Of a DNA stretch of 64,000 bases, positions 42,265-49,276 are shown in pieces (within the stretch, counting starts at the first letter, position 1; each line of letters opens with the position of its first letter). The translations under genes and the position numbers were made by a program. The DNA lies in IMG/VR virus record IMGVR_UViG_3300006931_000007, one strand, 5' to 3'. The notes below the pieces were generated by a model. That model saw only the letters and a program-made list of their open reading frames with translations. It made no database searches and was not told the origin of the DNA. The DNA comes from a virus.

Positions 42265-42813
42265 TTATCCAATAATTCTTAAATGGTTCAGCGCGCTCAC
42301 CAACTGGATACATTGACGCCGGCAATCCTCCGCCGCATCATGCTTGGGGTCCCCGCCTTCGGGTTCCGCCCAAACACCGATAGTCCGAGCGAGGTCAATC
42401 ACCGTCCGGGTATCGCGCGGCTGATTGTAACGCCAGGGGCGCTTGATTCCCAGGCGGTCATAGTAGCCTTCGAGCACGGTCAGATCAAAGGTTGGACCCT
42501 TCGCCCAAACACGTTCAATCGTCGGGTACTGCCCGAGCCAGTTGCTCAGCGCGTGAAGCACCACGCCGATCTGCTTGGGCTCAATTTGGTCGAGCCCTTC
42601 TTGTTCGCGCCACCAGGCCGTCGTCAGGCGATCCGTTTCACCGCCGGCCATAATCGAGGACATCAGGTCAACGTCCTCGCGGAAGATATCAGGGGGCATC
42701 ATTCCGGTCTGCCAGTCGAATACCAGCGCACCGATCTGAATCACTGCGGCGTCGCGGTTTACACCCATTGTTTCGATGTCAATCATGACGTCTGTTAGGT
42801 TCACATCGCTCAT
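42265..42813 (-). CDS. DnaQ-like (DEDDh) 3'-5' exonuclease
   Basis: Start moved to ATG 42813 (ATGA overlap). Exo I MIDIETMG and C-terminal HDAAEDC motifs. Confidence 0.75.
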   Translation of the reverse strand: MSDVNLTDVMIDIETMGVNRDAAVIQIGALVFDWQTGMMPPDIFREDVDLMSSIMAGGETDRLTTAWWREQEGLDQIEPKQIGVVLHALSNWLGQYPTIERVWAKGPTFDLTVLEGYYDRLGIKRPWRYNQPRDTRTVIDLARTIGVWAEPEGGDPKHDAAEDCRRQCIQLVSALNHLRIIG

Positions 42814-43091
42814 TTCTTGGTCCTCATTTTGATTTCTTCCGACGCAATAAGCTCCTGGACCACCGGGCATTGCTCCGGGGTTTCCTGGCCGTTGACTACT
42901 TCGCAAAAGATGTCGCCGAAACGGCGATCACGTGAAAAACAGTGACAGTCTTTACAGTACCCGAAGCCGCCGTGATTCTCGAAATAGGCTTCAGCGATCT
43001 GTTGACCTGTACATTTACCGCCACCAAAGCGGTGCGGGAATGGATAAGCGATACAGTTGCACACATACTCTCCTTTTCTTTTCTTCCGCAC
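42810..43091 (-). CDS. Cys-rich hypothetical protein
   Basis: 93 aa with a GTG start and about 9 Cys (CNC, GGGKC, CKDCHC, C..V, C). Confidence 0.55.
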   Translation of the reverse strand: MRKKRKGEYVCNCIAYPFPHRFGGGKCTGQQIAEAYFENHGGFGYCKDCHCFSRDRRFGDIFCEVVNGQETPEQCPVVQELIASEEIKMRTKK

Positions 43092-43099
43092 TATTCCAC

Positions 43100-43127
43100 C
43101 GCCGAAAGATCGGGGCCGAAGCCCCGA
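43100..43127 (-). terminator. intrinsic terminator
   Basis: Minus strand reads TCGGGGC-TTCG-GCCCCGA followed by TCTTTCGG. Confidence 0.6.
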
Positions 43128-43168
43128 GCCTTATTTACAATAACCAAACAATTTTAACAACCAACCAA

Positions 43169-43894
43169 TCAATCGTGGGAAATCAGAACATTGGTTGGTT
43201 TGTTCGGCTTGGGGAGGTTGTTACAAACATCCTCCGACAGCGTCGCCGTCGCCGGGTCCGAGGTGAGCGGAATCAGTTGATTGTCGGTAACAGTAACGTC
43301 AAACACCGTCCCGGCCTTAAAGCACTGACCCTTTGCAATCGGTACAACCTTATGGCAAGGAGGCGCCTGAACCGCGGGCAATAACGGAACGCGAACCGTT
43401 GCGGGTTGCGTGTATCCGAAAGTGTAGCCCGCGATTTCGGTTGCAGCAAACACGCTGTTGTCCGTCCGCGTAGTTGGAGCTTGACAATCAAGTACAACTT
43501 GCGTCGAAGCCTGTGCCCCGCTCGGGACGAATAGCCCAACCAGAAGCAGAGCCCCGAGGATAGCCGCCAGCGGCGTACCCGGTGCGCCCGTCGTGGTTTT
43601 CACCTGCGAGGACGGCGTGTTGACCGCACTGTTGATGGTAAATCCCATGAAGAACAAGGCCAGCAAGCCTTCCGCCGAGGACGTACTGACCGCCCCGCTC
43701 AACGCCGACGCGATAGCGCCGCCGAAGATCGTGAACAGCGTCCAAAGCGTCGGACGCCAGCTGTTGGGCCCCCAATACTCGCGCAGGGAGTCGATGCCGC
43801 CCCGCAGGTAGGTTTTTAGAGCGTGAGCGAACGCCCCGAGGAAGATCACACCGACAGTCAGCAGCAACTGCGGCAACAAAGTTTTCCAGTCCAT
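43169..43894 (-). CDS. polytopic membrane protein with extracytoplasmic C-terminal domain
   Basis: 241 aa with 3-4 N-terminal hydrophobic helices, then a Cys-containing beta-rich C-terminus. Confidence 0.65.
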   Translation of the reverse strand: MDWKTLLPQLLLTVGVIFLGAFAHALKTYLRGGIDSLREYWGPNSWRPTLWTLFTIFGGAIASALSGAVSTSSAEGLLALFFMGFTINSAVNTPSSQVKTTTGAPGTPLAAILGALLLVGLFVPSGAQASTQVVLDCQAPTTRTDNSVFAATEIAGYTFGYTQPATVRVPLLPAVQAPPCHKVVPIAKGQCFKAGTVFDVTVTDNQLIPLTSDPATATLSEDVCNNLPKPNKPTNVLISHD

Positions 43895-43931
43895 AATAAT
43901 TTACCTTTACAGTGGGGTTAGGGGTTTGTTT

Positions 43932-43942
43932 GCTCCATTTCT
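43932..43942 (-). promoter_or_regulatory. conserved leader box AGAAATGGAGC (copy 6, not adjacent to a start codon)
   Basis: Exact 11-mer overlapping the TAG stop of 43941..44561. The next gene start is 38 nt further on. Only a 6-codon mini-ORF follows its internal ATG. Confidence 0.5.
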
Positions 43943-44561
43943 AACGAAAGCGTTTCATGGTATCGGAGACACCCTGGAAACTATCGTACTGAATACCGTG
44001 ATCCAAAACCGGACCGCGGCGAGGATAACCCGAGACCGTGCGCTCATAAACAGCGCCAACAGAAGCCTCGCGCTCATGCTGGAAGTTCGCCGCGGGCGGC
44101 TCCGCTTCCGTTACGCGGTCGATGTATCCGAGCGCGCGGGATAGATTAGCCTTGGTGACTTCGAGTTCGCGCCGGGTAGCATCCAGGACCTCTTGGAGAT
44201 TCTTGTTTGCTACCTTCGTCAGCTCGACTTCGGTGGACAGCTTCGACTTCTCAACCAACGCCTTATCGAGCCGCGAGTGAACGTCATACACGTGTTCGTC
44301 GAAGGCTTTAATGATATGGGCTTCCGCCGCGTCGGGGCGATTAAACAGCATCATGAGATAGTTCGCCGCGTCGATGTATTCACCCTTGGCGACCTTGGCA
44401 ATGAAGCGGGTCGCGAGGCGCGAGGGCGGGCACTCTTTCTGACTATGCCAGCCGCTGTAGCCTTTCTCGCGCTTCTCGGCGAGGCGTTGGCGCATTTCGT
44501 GAGCCAGGTTATCGACGCCGCAGTTGTCGATGGACTCGGGGTTGGTCAGTTCTTCAATCAT
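43941..44561 (-). CDS. hypothetical protein (helical N-domain plus coiled-coil)
   Basis: 206-aa ORF with GGAGAAG SD upstream. The N-terminal helices (NLAHEMRQRLAEKREKGYSGW ... YIDAANYLMML) faintly resemble MazG-type folds. Unverified. Confidence 0.6.
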   Translation of the reverse strand: MIEELTNPESIDNCGVDNLAHEMRQRLAEKREKGYSGWHSQKECPPSRLATRFIAKVAKGEYIDAANYLMMLFNRPDAAEAHIIKAFDEHVYDVHSRLDKALVEKSKLSTEVELTKVANKNLQEVLDATRRELEVTKANLSRALGYIDRVTEAEPPAANFQHEREASVGAVYERTVSGYPRRGPVLDHGIQYDSFQGVSDTMKRFR

Positions 44562-44848
44562 GTTTCTTCTCCGTTTCTGATCCGTTTCATAGTATCGGCG
44601 CCCAACAAAGACTCCAACCCGTCCCAGGAGACGGGGAGGCGGTCAGGATCGGGCACCGGGGTTCCGTTTTCAAGCGCGACTTGCATCAGCTCGCGTTCGA
44701 GGTTATGGCAAAATACCTCGAACACCCAGCTTGGTGATTGCGGATTGCAGGTCATCTTGACTATCGAGCGACAATTGGGGTGCGTCGGCGGCAGGCCGTG
44801 TTTCCCCATGATTGCTTCGATCTTGCGGCGGCGTTCGGCTTCGTCCAT
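44558..44848 (-). CDS. hypothetical protein
   Basis: Start moved to ATG 44848 (GAGG lies 6 nt upstream, immediately after the upstream stop). Confidence 0.55.
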   Translation of the reverse strand: MDEAERRRKIEAIMGKHGLPPTHPNCRSIVKMTCNPQSPSWVFEVFCHNLERELMQVALENGTPVPDPDRLPVSWDGLESLLGADTMKRIRNGEET

Positions 44849-44849
44849 T

Positions 44850-45155
44850 TCAGACCTCGAAGCAACCATCAGCAGTTTGGCGCTGGATGGCAGCGAAATG
44901 TTTCAAGAAGCGAGCACGCCTGGATTCGATCTGGACCTTGAGCGACCGACCATTGACCACCTCATCAGCGGAATGGCGACCGTACACACTGTCCAGATAA
45001 TTACGAATTTCAACCGGCGTCGCGGTCGGAACGGCTTCAGCGATTTGGTTGAACGCGAGAGTCCAGTGAGTCTCCGCGATCTGTTTGACCTTCTTGAAGT
45101 CAACGATGGTTCCGAAGAAGCCGTGGCCGGGGTTCGCGGTCGGTATAACTTTCAT
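44850..45155 (-). CDS. hypothetical protein
   Basis: 101-aa ORF. First gene after the promoter at 45188..45216 and its leader box. Confidence 0.6.
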   Translation of the reverse strand: MKVIPTANPGHGFFGTIVDFKKVKQIAETHWTLAFNQIAEAVPTATPVEIRNYLDSVYGRHSADEVVNGRSLKVQIESRRARFLKHFAAIQRQTADGCFEV

Positions 45156-45161
45156 TGTGGT

Positions 45162-45172
45162 GCTCCATTTCT
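45162..45172 (-). promoter_or_regulatory. conserved leader/SD box AGAAATGGAGC (copy 7)
   Basis: Exact 11-mer. GGAG lies 7 nt before ATG 45155. Confidence 0.6.
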
Positions 45173-45187
45173 AGTGTAGGTCTGAAA

Positions 45188-45216
45188 AGTATAGTTACCA
45201 ACGCTTAAAAAGTAAA
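45188..45216 (-). promoter_or_regulatory. phage promoter TTTACT-N17-TATACT
   Basis: Minus strand reads GGTTTACTTTTTAAGCGTTGGTAACTATACTTTT. It overlaps the stop of the upstream gene. Confidence 0.55.
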
Positions 45217-45941
45217 CCCCGGCGACGCTCTTGTACAACTAATTCGGTCAAGGGTATCCAAACCGGCAACTGAGGGTCCTCCGCCTGCATGGCCCATTCG
45301 CCTTTATGCGGACCCTTATCAATCTTGAACATCGCCGTCCAAAGTACCAGACGGCCCACAAGCTGTTCAGCGCCCGCCGGGGGAACGTCCTTGGGCAGAT
45401 AGACCGCCCTCAGCGAATCCCCGATGCCCTGGATCATAGGCCGGGGCCGGCGTAGCTCCAGCACGAGGGCAAAGAGCGTTGACGCTCCCGAGCCGATCAT
45501 TGAGGCGACCCAGAACAGCGAGGTGGGTTCAGGAATCAGGGCCCACAACCCGAGCGTAATCAGACTGATGAGATTGACCAAGAAATAAACCAGTGCCATG
45601 ATATTCGCTCCAGCGAAAAGTCCTGGCATTTTAACCCGGACCGGCTTCAACGGCAAAGCCGTCGCTGAGAGCGATTCGATATGCTGAGACACGTCCTTGA
45701 AAAGATCGTCCTCATCAAAATAAATCCGGTCCTGGTTTTTCGCGCGAACGCGCTCAGTCACGAGGACGCCTTGACAGAGGTCCCAGAATGAATCTTTGTC
45801 GATAAATCCCAGCTGTTCCCGATACTCAGTGAACAGAGTCATAAAGGAACCGTGCCCGGTCTTGCCGTGTTCGGGGCAAACCCATAGGCCCGGGGCAGCT
45901 TCGCCCAGGGCCCTAAAGCCGTGACAAACGCAGGTTCTCAT
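45195..45941 (-). CDS. membrane protein with N-terminal Cys/His cluster
   Basis: Start moved to ATG 45941 (ATGA overlap). The N-terminus is MRTCVCHGF...WVCPEHGKTGH. Two to three hydrophobic helices lie mid-protein. Confidence 0.6.
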   Translation of the reverse strand: MRTCVCHGFRALGEAAPGLWVCPEHGKTGHGSFMTLFTEYREQLGFIDKDSFWDLCQGVLVTERVRAKNQDRIYFDEDDLFKDVSQHIESLSATALPLKPVRVKMPGLFAGANIMALVYFLVNLISLITLGLWALIPEPTSLFWVASMIGSGASTLFALVLELRRPRPMIQGIGDSLRAVYLPKDVPPAGAEQLVGRLVLWTAMFKIDKGPHKGEWAMQAEDPQLPVWIPLTELVVQERRRGLLFKRW

Positions 45942-46417
45942 CCCAGCTGTTCTCCGTGGAGACGGCCCAACATAGTATCGAGGGCGTGCACTTCGTTCGG
46001 CGTCAGCTTTTCGTCGTGGTTGACCAACCACTGAAGGCGGTCGAACAATTCCAGCTCATTGTTCTGTAGCGCGAACTTGTTGGAGTCGAGCCGCTTCAGC
46101 TTCGCCGGGACCTCCTTGGCGAGTTCGGCGCACAGCTTCATTTCTTCGAGAAACGCGCGCTGGGCGTAGATGACGCAGGTGGTTGGGTCGAGCGCGTCGC
46201 CGTACTTATCGGCCAGATACTCCGCCCCGGCTCCTCCCGCGGCGCCGACCATCTTCAGGAGATTGGCCTGACTGCCCGCTTCACCCGGGTCGATTTCACA
46301 ATTGGCCTTGAAACCGGGCTTCAGAGACGAATGGACCTGGACAATGACCGCGAACTTGCGCCAATCGGTATCGAGCCGCCCCAGTTTGACTTCAACCCCT
46401 TCCATCACCGTTGTCAT
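45938..46417 (-). CDS. hypothetical protein
   Basis: 159-aa ORF, coupled on both sides. Confidence 0.6.
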   Translation of the reverse strand: MTTVMEGVEVKLGRLDTDWRKFAVIVQVHSSLKPGFKANCEIDPGEAGSQANLLKMVGAAGGAGAEYLADKYGDALDPTTCVIYAQRAFLEEMKLCAELAKEVPAKLKRLDSNKFALQNNELELFDRLQWLVNHDEKLTPNEVHALDTMLGRLHGEQLG

Positions 46418-47061
46418 ACAGCACCACGCATTTTCTGAACTTCGTTTAAGAACTCCGGGTCATCGCTTTCCCAGAAGCTGAATAGATCGCCGCCGCGCAT
46501 AATGTTGACGCCGTCAACCTCCTCCCAGTGTCCATTGACAAAATGAGGCACCACGGCTTTATCCGCGCCGGCTTCGACGCCCGCCGGGGATTTCGCCCAA
46601 GCAATGGCTTCGTCCGAGGAGGCAAACCCCTTCGGATAGTACGCACTGCCCGAATCCGCGAGAATGTACCACTGATCCATTTCCATGATCAGACCGCTTC
46701 CGGGCTCCTTGAACTCGTTGTCACCAATCGGGTTCGGTCCGTCCTCATGCTGACGCTGACCCGAGGGAAGCGTGATCCATTTGCGGCGGCGGTTGATCGC
46801 CATCTTCTTGTTAATTTCGCTGAGAAGATCGGCGCCCAGAAGCTCGGAGACCTGCATGACCATAATGACCACGTCAGCGCACTCGACGCCGCAAGCGATC
46901 CGGCGCTGTTCGTACAATTCAGCGTCGCCGGTCTCGGCCAGATTGCTGAGAGCGTTCAACAACTCGGACATTTCGACGTTGGCGCGGGTTGCGATAGCCA
47001 GGGGCTTGTTTGGGCCGAAGGTCGCAACACCCCACGCCGTAATCGTTTGTTGAGTTTCCAT
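46414..47061 (-). CDS. MazG-family nucleotide pyrophosphohydrolase with C-terminal extension
   Basis: The N-terminal half has RANVEMSELLNAL and ECADVVIMVMQVSELLGADL, the E-rich helices typical of MazG. Confidence 0.7.
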   Translation of the reverse strand: METQQTITAWGVATFGPNKPLAIATRANVEMSELLNALSNLAETGDAELYEQRRIACGVECADVVIMVMQVSELLGADLLSEINKKMAINRRRKWITLPSGQRQHEDGPNPIGDNEFKEPGSGLIMEMDQWYILADSGSAYYPKGFASSDEAIAWAKSPAGVEAGADKAVVPHFVNGHWEEVDGVNIMRGGDLFSFWESDDPEFLNEVQKMRGAV

Positions 47062-47070
47062 ATCCTGTCC

Positions 47071-47415
47071 TCAGTGCTGGGTTTGTTGATTGCGGAGCAT
47101 TTCGCCTAAGTCGAAGCTGCCCTGCGGTTGGTCGAACTCAATGGGGCGAAGGAAGGCGAGACCGTGATCAGCCGCATAACTCATGTCAAGTGAATACTGA
47201 TCCTTCAGCGAAAGCGGAAGGCCCTGCGCAATGAACAACTGATCAAACATCGCGCCCATAACGGCTTGACGGTCGGCGCCGAGCCGTTCGCAATCTTCGT
47301 TCGCCTTCTCGTGGATGCGCTTCCGCTCGACAAGGAAGTTGTTTGCCACATCGTGGATTTGTCGCGCTATCGCGACGGCCTCCGGGTTGAGATTCACAGT
47401 TGGTTTCATGGTCAC
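47071..47415 (-). CDS. hypothetical protein
   Basis: 114-aa ORF. Confidence 0.6.
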   Translation of the reverse strand: MTMKPTVNLNPEAVAIARQIHDVANNFLVERKRIHEKANEDCERLGADRQAVMGAMFDQLFIAQGLPLSLKDQYSLDMSYAADHGLAFLRPIEFDQPQGSFDLGEMLRNQQTQH

Positions 47416-48593
47416 AGCGGTTCTCCAAGTAGCTTTTCGCCCAGGGTCATGATCGCGTCAACCAGGAAATTCTGGAAGGAGCGGGTTTCATCGTAGGTGT
47501 TGAACTTGAGGTGAAAATACTCCTCCGCCAGGGTTCCGGCAAGCATCTTCGTCCCCATCATAAACGTTCGACGGCTTACAAAGATGGTCCCATTCTCGGC
47601 GCGGCCCAACACGCCCTCGCCGAGGAATTCAGTGACAACTATCGGGTAATCACTGACGGCGTACCCCATCGCGATATTGAAGTTGATCGCCTTCTGAAGC
47701 ATCGCCGATTCTACCGGATCAAGCTGAAGCGCCGGGCCGGCGTGCAATTCGTCCGAAGCCCAAACACGGACCGCTTCGAGCGCGCTGCGGTTGAGGTGAA
47801 TGTCGCGTTTGTTCGCGAGGTCCCGGACGATCCCAATGAACTCCTTCGATGGCAAGCAGCCCTCGAACGTCATCGTGTTCTCATAGGTCTGTTTGGGCGC
47901 CGTCACCGCGCGCTGAATCAGGGCTGGCGTTTTCGATTCGCAGAAGCCTTTACGGATCGCTGCATCAGCGTCCCAGGAATACTTCAGGGTGCGATCTTCG
48001 GTCAGCTCGCACTTCCGTTGAATGTTGTAGGTAAAGCTCGACGGAGTGTTGAGCTTATAGGCCCTGATCCCGCGGTAAAAGACATATTGCGATTGCCCCG
48101 GGTGGATATGGACTGACTCATTTTTCTCAATCGCGTCGGTGCTCAGGATGATGTCGGAGCGAGAGGCCCAGGCGTCGGTGAACTTCTCCCCGCGAACGAT
48201 GATCTGCGTGGATTCCGGGTCAGGCTCGGGGAAGTTCTCGACCTCGACGGCCTCGCCGCGTTCGTCGAGCATGTTACAATACAGCTCGCGCATCGCTTGC
48301 CAAACTTCCCAGGTCTTGCCGAGTTCGGTGGTGAAGCCGATAGCGCGCTTGTTCATTGTCACCAAGTCAAAGGAATCAACCCGGATTTTGGTTTTGCGTG
48401 ACCCGAAGTCGAGACGCTTATTGCCCGACAGAATGCTGATCTCACAGCCTTCCCGGAGGAGGATTGCAACGGCGTACTTCAGCCCGGTTCCGAAAAAGCC
48501 AATGGCTCCCTTGTTCTCCTTCGAGCTGGCGCCGAAGGTAGTGATGGACCGCGGGTCAATGACCCCCTTATTGCGGAATACGACATATGACAT
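47412..48593 (-). CDS. large early protein of unknown function (Gly-rich loop near N-terminus)
   Basis: Start moved to ATG 48593, 6 nt after GGAG. AIGFFGTGLKYAV resembles a nucleotide-binding G-loop, but no full ATPase motif set is recognised. Confidence 0.65.
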   Translation of the reverse strand: MSYVVFRNKGVIDPRSITTFGASSKENKGAIGFFGTGLKYAVAILLREGCEISILSGNKRLDFGSRKTKIRVDSFDLVTMNKRAIGFTTELGKTWEVWQAMRELYCNMLDERGEAVEVENFPEPDPESTQIIVRGEKFTDAWASRSDIILSTDAIEKNESVHIHPGQSQYVFYRGIRAYKLNTPSSFTYNIQRKCELTEDRTLKYSWDADAAIRKGFCESKTPALIQRAVTAPKQTYENTMTFEGCLPSKEFIGIVRDLANKRDIHLNRSALEAVRVWASDELHAGPALQLDPVESAMLQKAINFNIAMGYAVSDYPIVVTEFLGEGVLGRAENGTIFVSRRTFMMGTKMLAGTLAEEYFHLKFNTYDETRSFQNFLVDAIMTLGEKLLGEPL

Positions 48594-48598
48594 GGTTT

Positions 48599-48609
48599 GC
48601 TCCATTTCT
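48599..48609 (-). promoter_or_regulatory. conserved leader/SD box AGAAATGGAGC (copy 8)
   Basis: Exact 11-mer. Confidence 0.6.
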
Positions 48610-48617
48610 GTTGGTGG

Positions 48618-48809
48618 TTAATACTTGTATGCGCACACGTACTTGGGTGGAAGATTGTCGCAGGTGTAATGCTGGTCCGAGGGCTGGACGATCTCAACGC
48701 AATCACCACTCAAAGGATCGCGCAGCACCGTCGGGCGGTCGAAATAGCTGGCAATCGCGCTATATACCATCCATACGATTGCAACCGGAATCAGGAGATA
48801 CCACTTCAT
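48618..48809 (-). CDS. small membrane protein
   Basis: Only the C-terminal 63 aa of ORF 48618..48980 look coding: MKWYLLIPVAIVWMVYSAIASYF, a TM helix followed by Cys. Confidence 0.5.
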   Translation of the reverse strand: MKWYLLIPVAIVWMVYSAIASYFDRPTVLRDPLSGDCVEIVQPSDQHYTCDNLPPKYVCAYKY

Positions 48810-49011
48810 GATTATTCCAAGCATAACCTCGGAGGCGGTTGACCTCGAATTCAAAGCGGTTGCCATAGGACGCCGCGAGCCCGCGCGCAACGTCCGCCGA
48901 TTTGGCGCCCCGCGGGAGGTCGCGTTGGAATATAGCTTTGTAGGCTTCTCGCAATTCATGATGGGTGAGTTCCTGTCCAAGTGAGTATCGTTGTTCCATA
49001 ATCAGGCTCAT
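48760..49011 (-). CDS. hypothetical protein
   Basis: 83-aa ORF starting about 9-16 nt after the -10 of the promoter at 49027..49056. No SD is visible. Its 3' end overlaps the next gene, so the true stop or extent is uncertain. Confidence 0.5.
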   Translation of the reverse strand: MSLIMEQRYSLGQELTHHELREAYKAIFQRDLPRGAKSADVARGLAASYGNRFEFEVNRLRGYAWNNHEVVSPDSGCNRMDGI

Positions 49012-49026
49012 GTTCGCCGCCGGGAA

Positions 49027-49056
49027 AGTATAGTTGTGTGAGTTCGTAAAAGTAAA
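49027..49056 (-). promoter_or_regulatory. phage promoter TTTACT-N18-TATACT
   Basis: Minus strand reads ACTTTACTTTTACGAACTCACACAACTATACTTTC. Confidence 0.5.
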
Positions 49057-49063
49057 GTAATTT

Positions 49064-49276
49064 TCATTGATTCATCGCCGTTCGGATTTCGCGCCGTACT
49101 TGCAGGCGGGCGTTCAAGATCGCGCGGTGGTCGCTCGCCGAGCGCGAACAGGTCACCATGCAAGCCTTACCACAGACCGTGAAGCGGACCTTATAGTGCC
49201 GCTTCCCGTTCTCGACCCGGTACGCAATACCGGCTTCAGCCAGCTCCCGCTTTGTCGCTTCCAGTGTCTCGCTCAA
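49064..49276 (-). CDS. hypothetical protein
   Basis: 70-aa ORF overlapping the primase gene stop. Confidence 0.55.
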   Translation of the reverse strand: MSETLEATKRELAEAGIAYRVENGKRHYKVRFTVCGKACMVTCSRSASDHRAILNARLQVRREIRTAMNQ

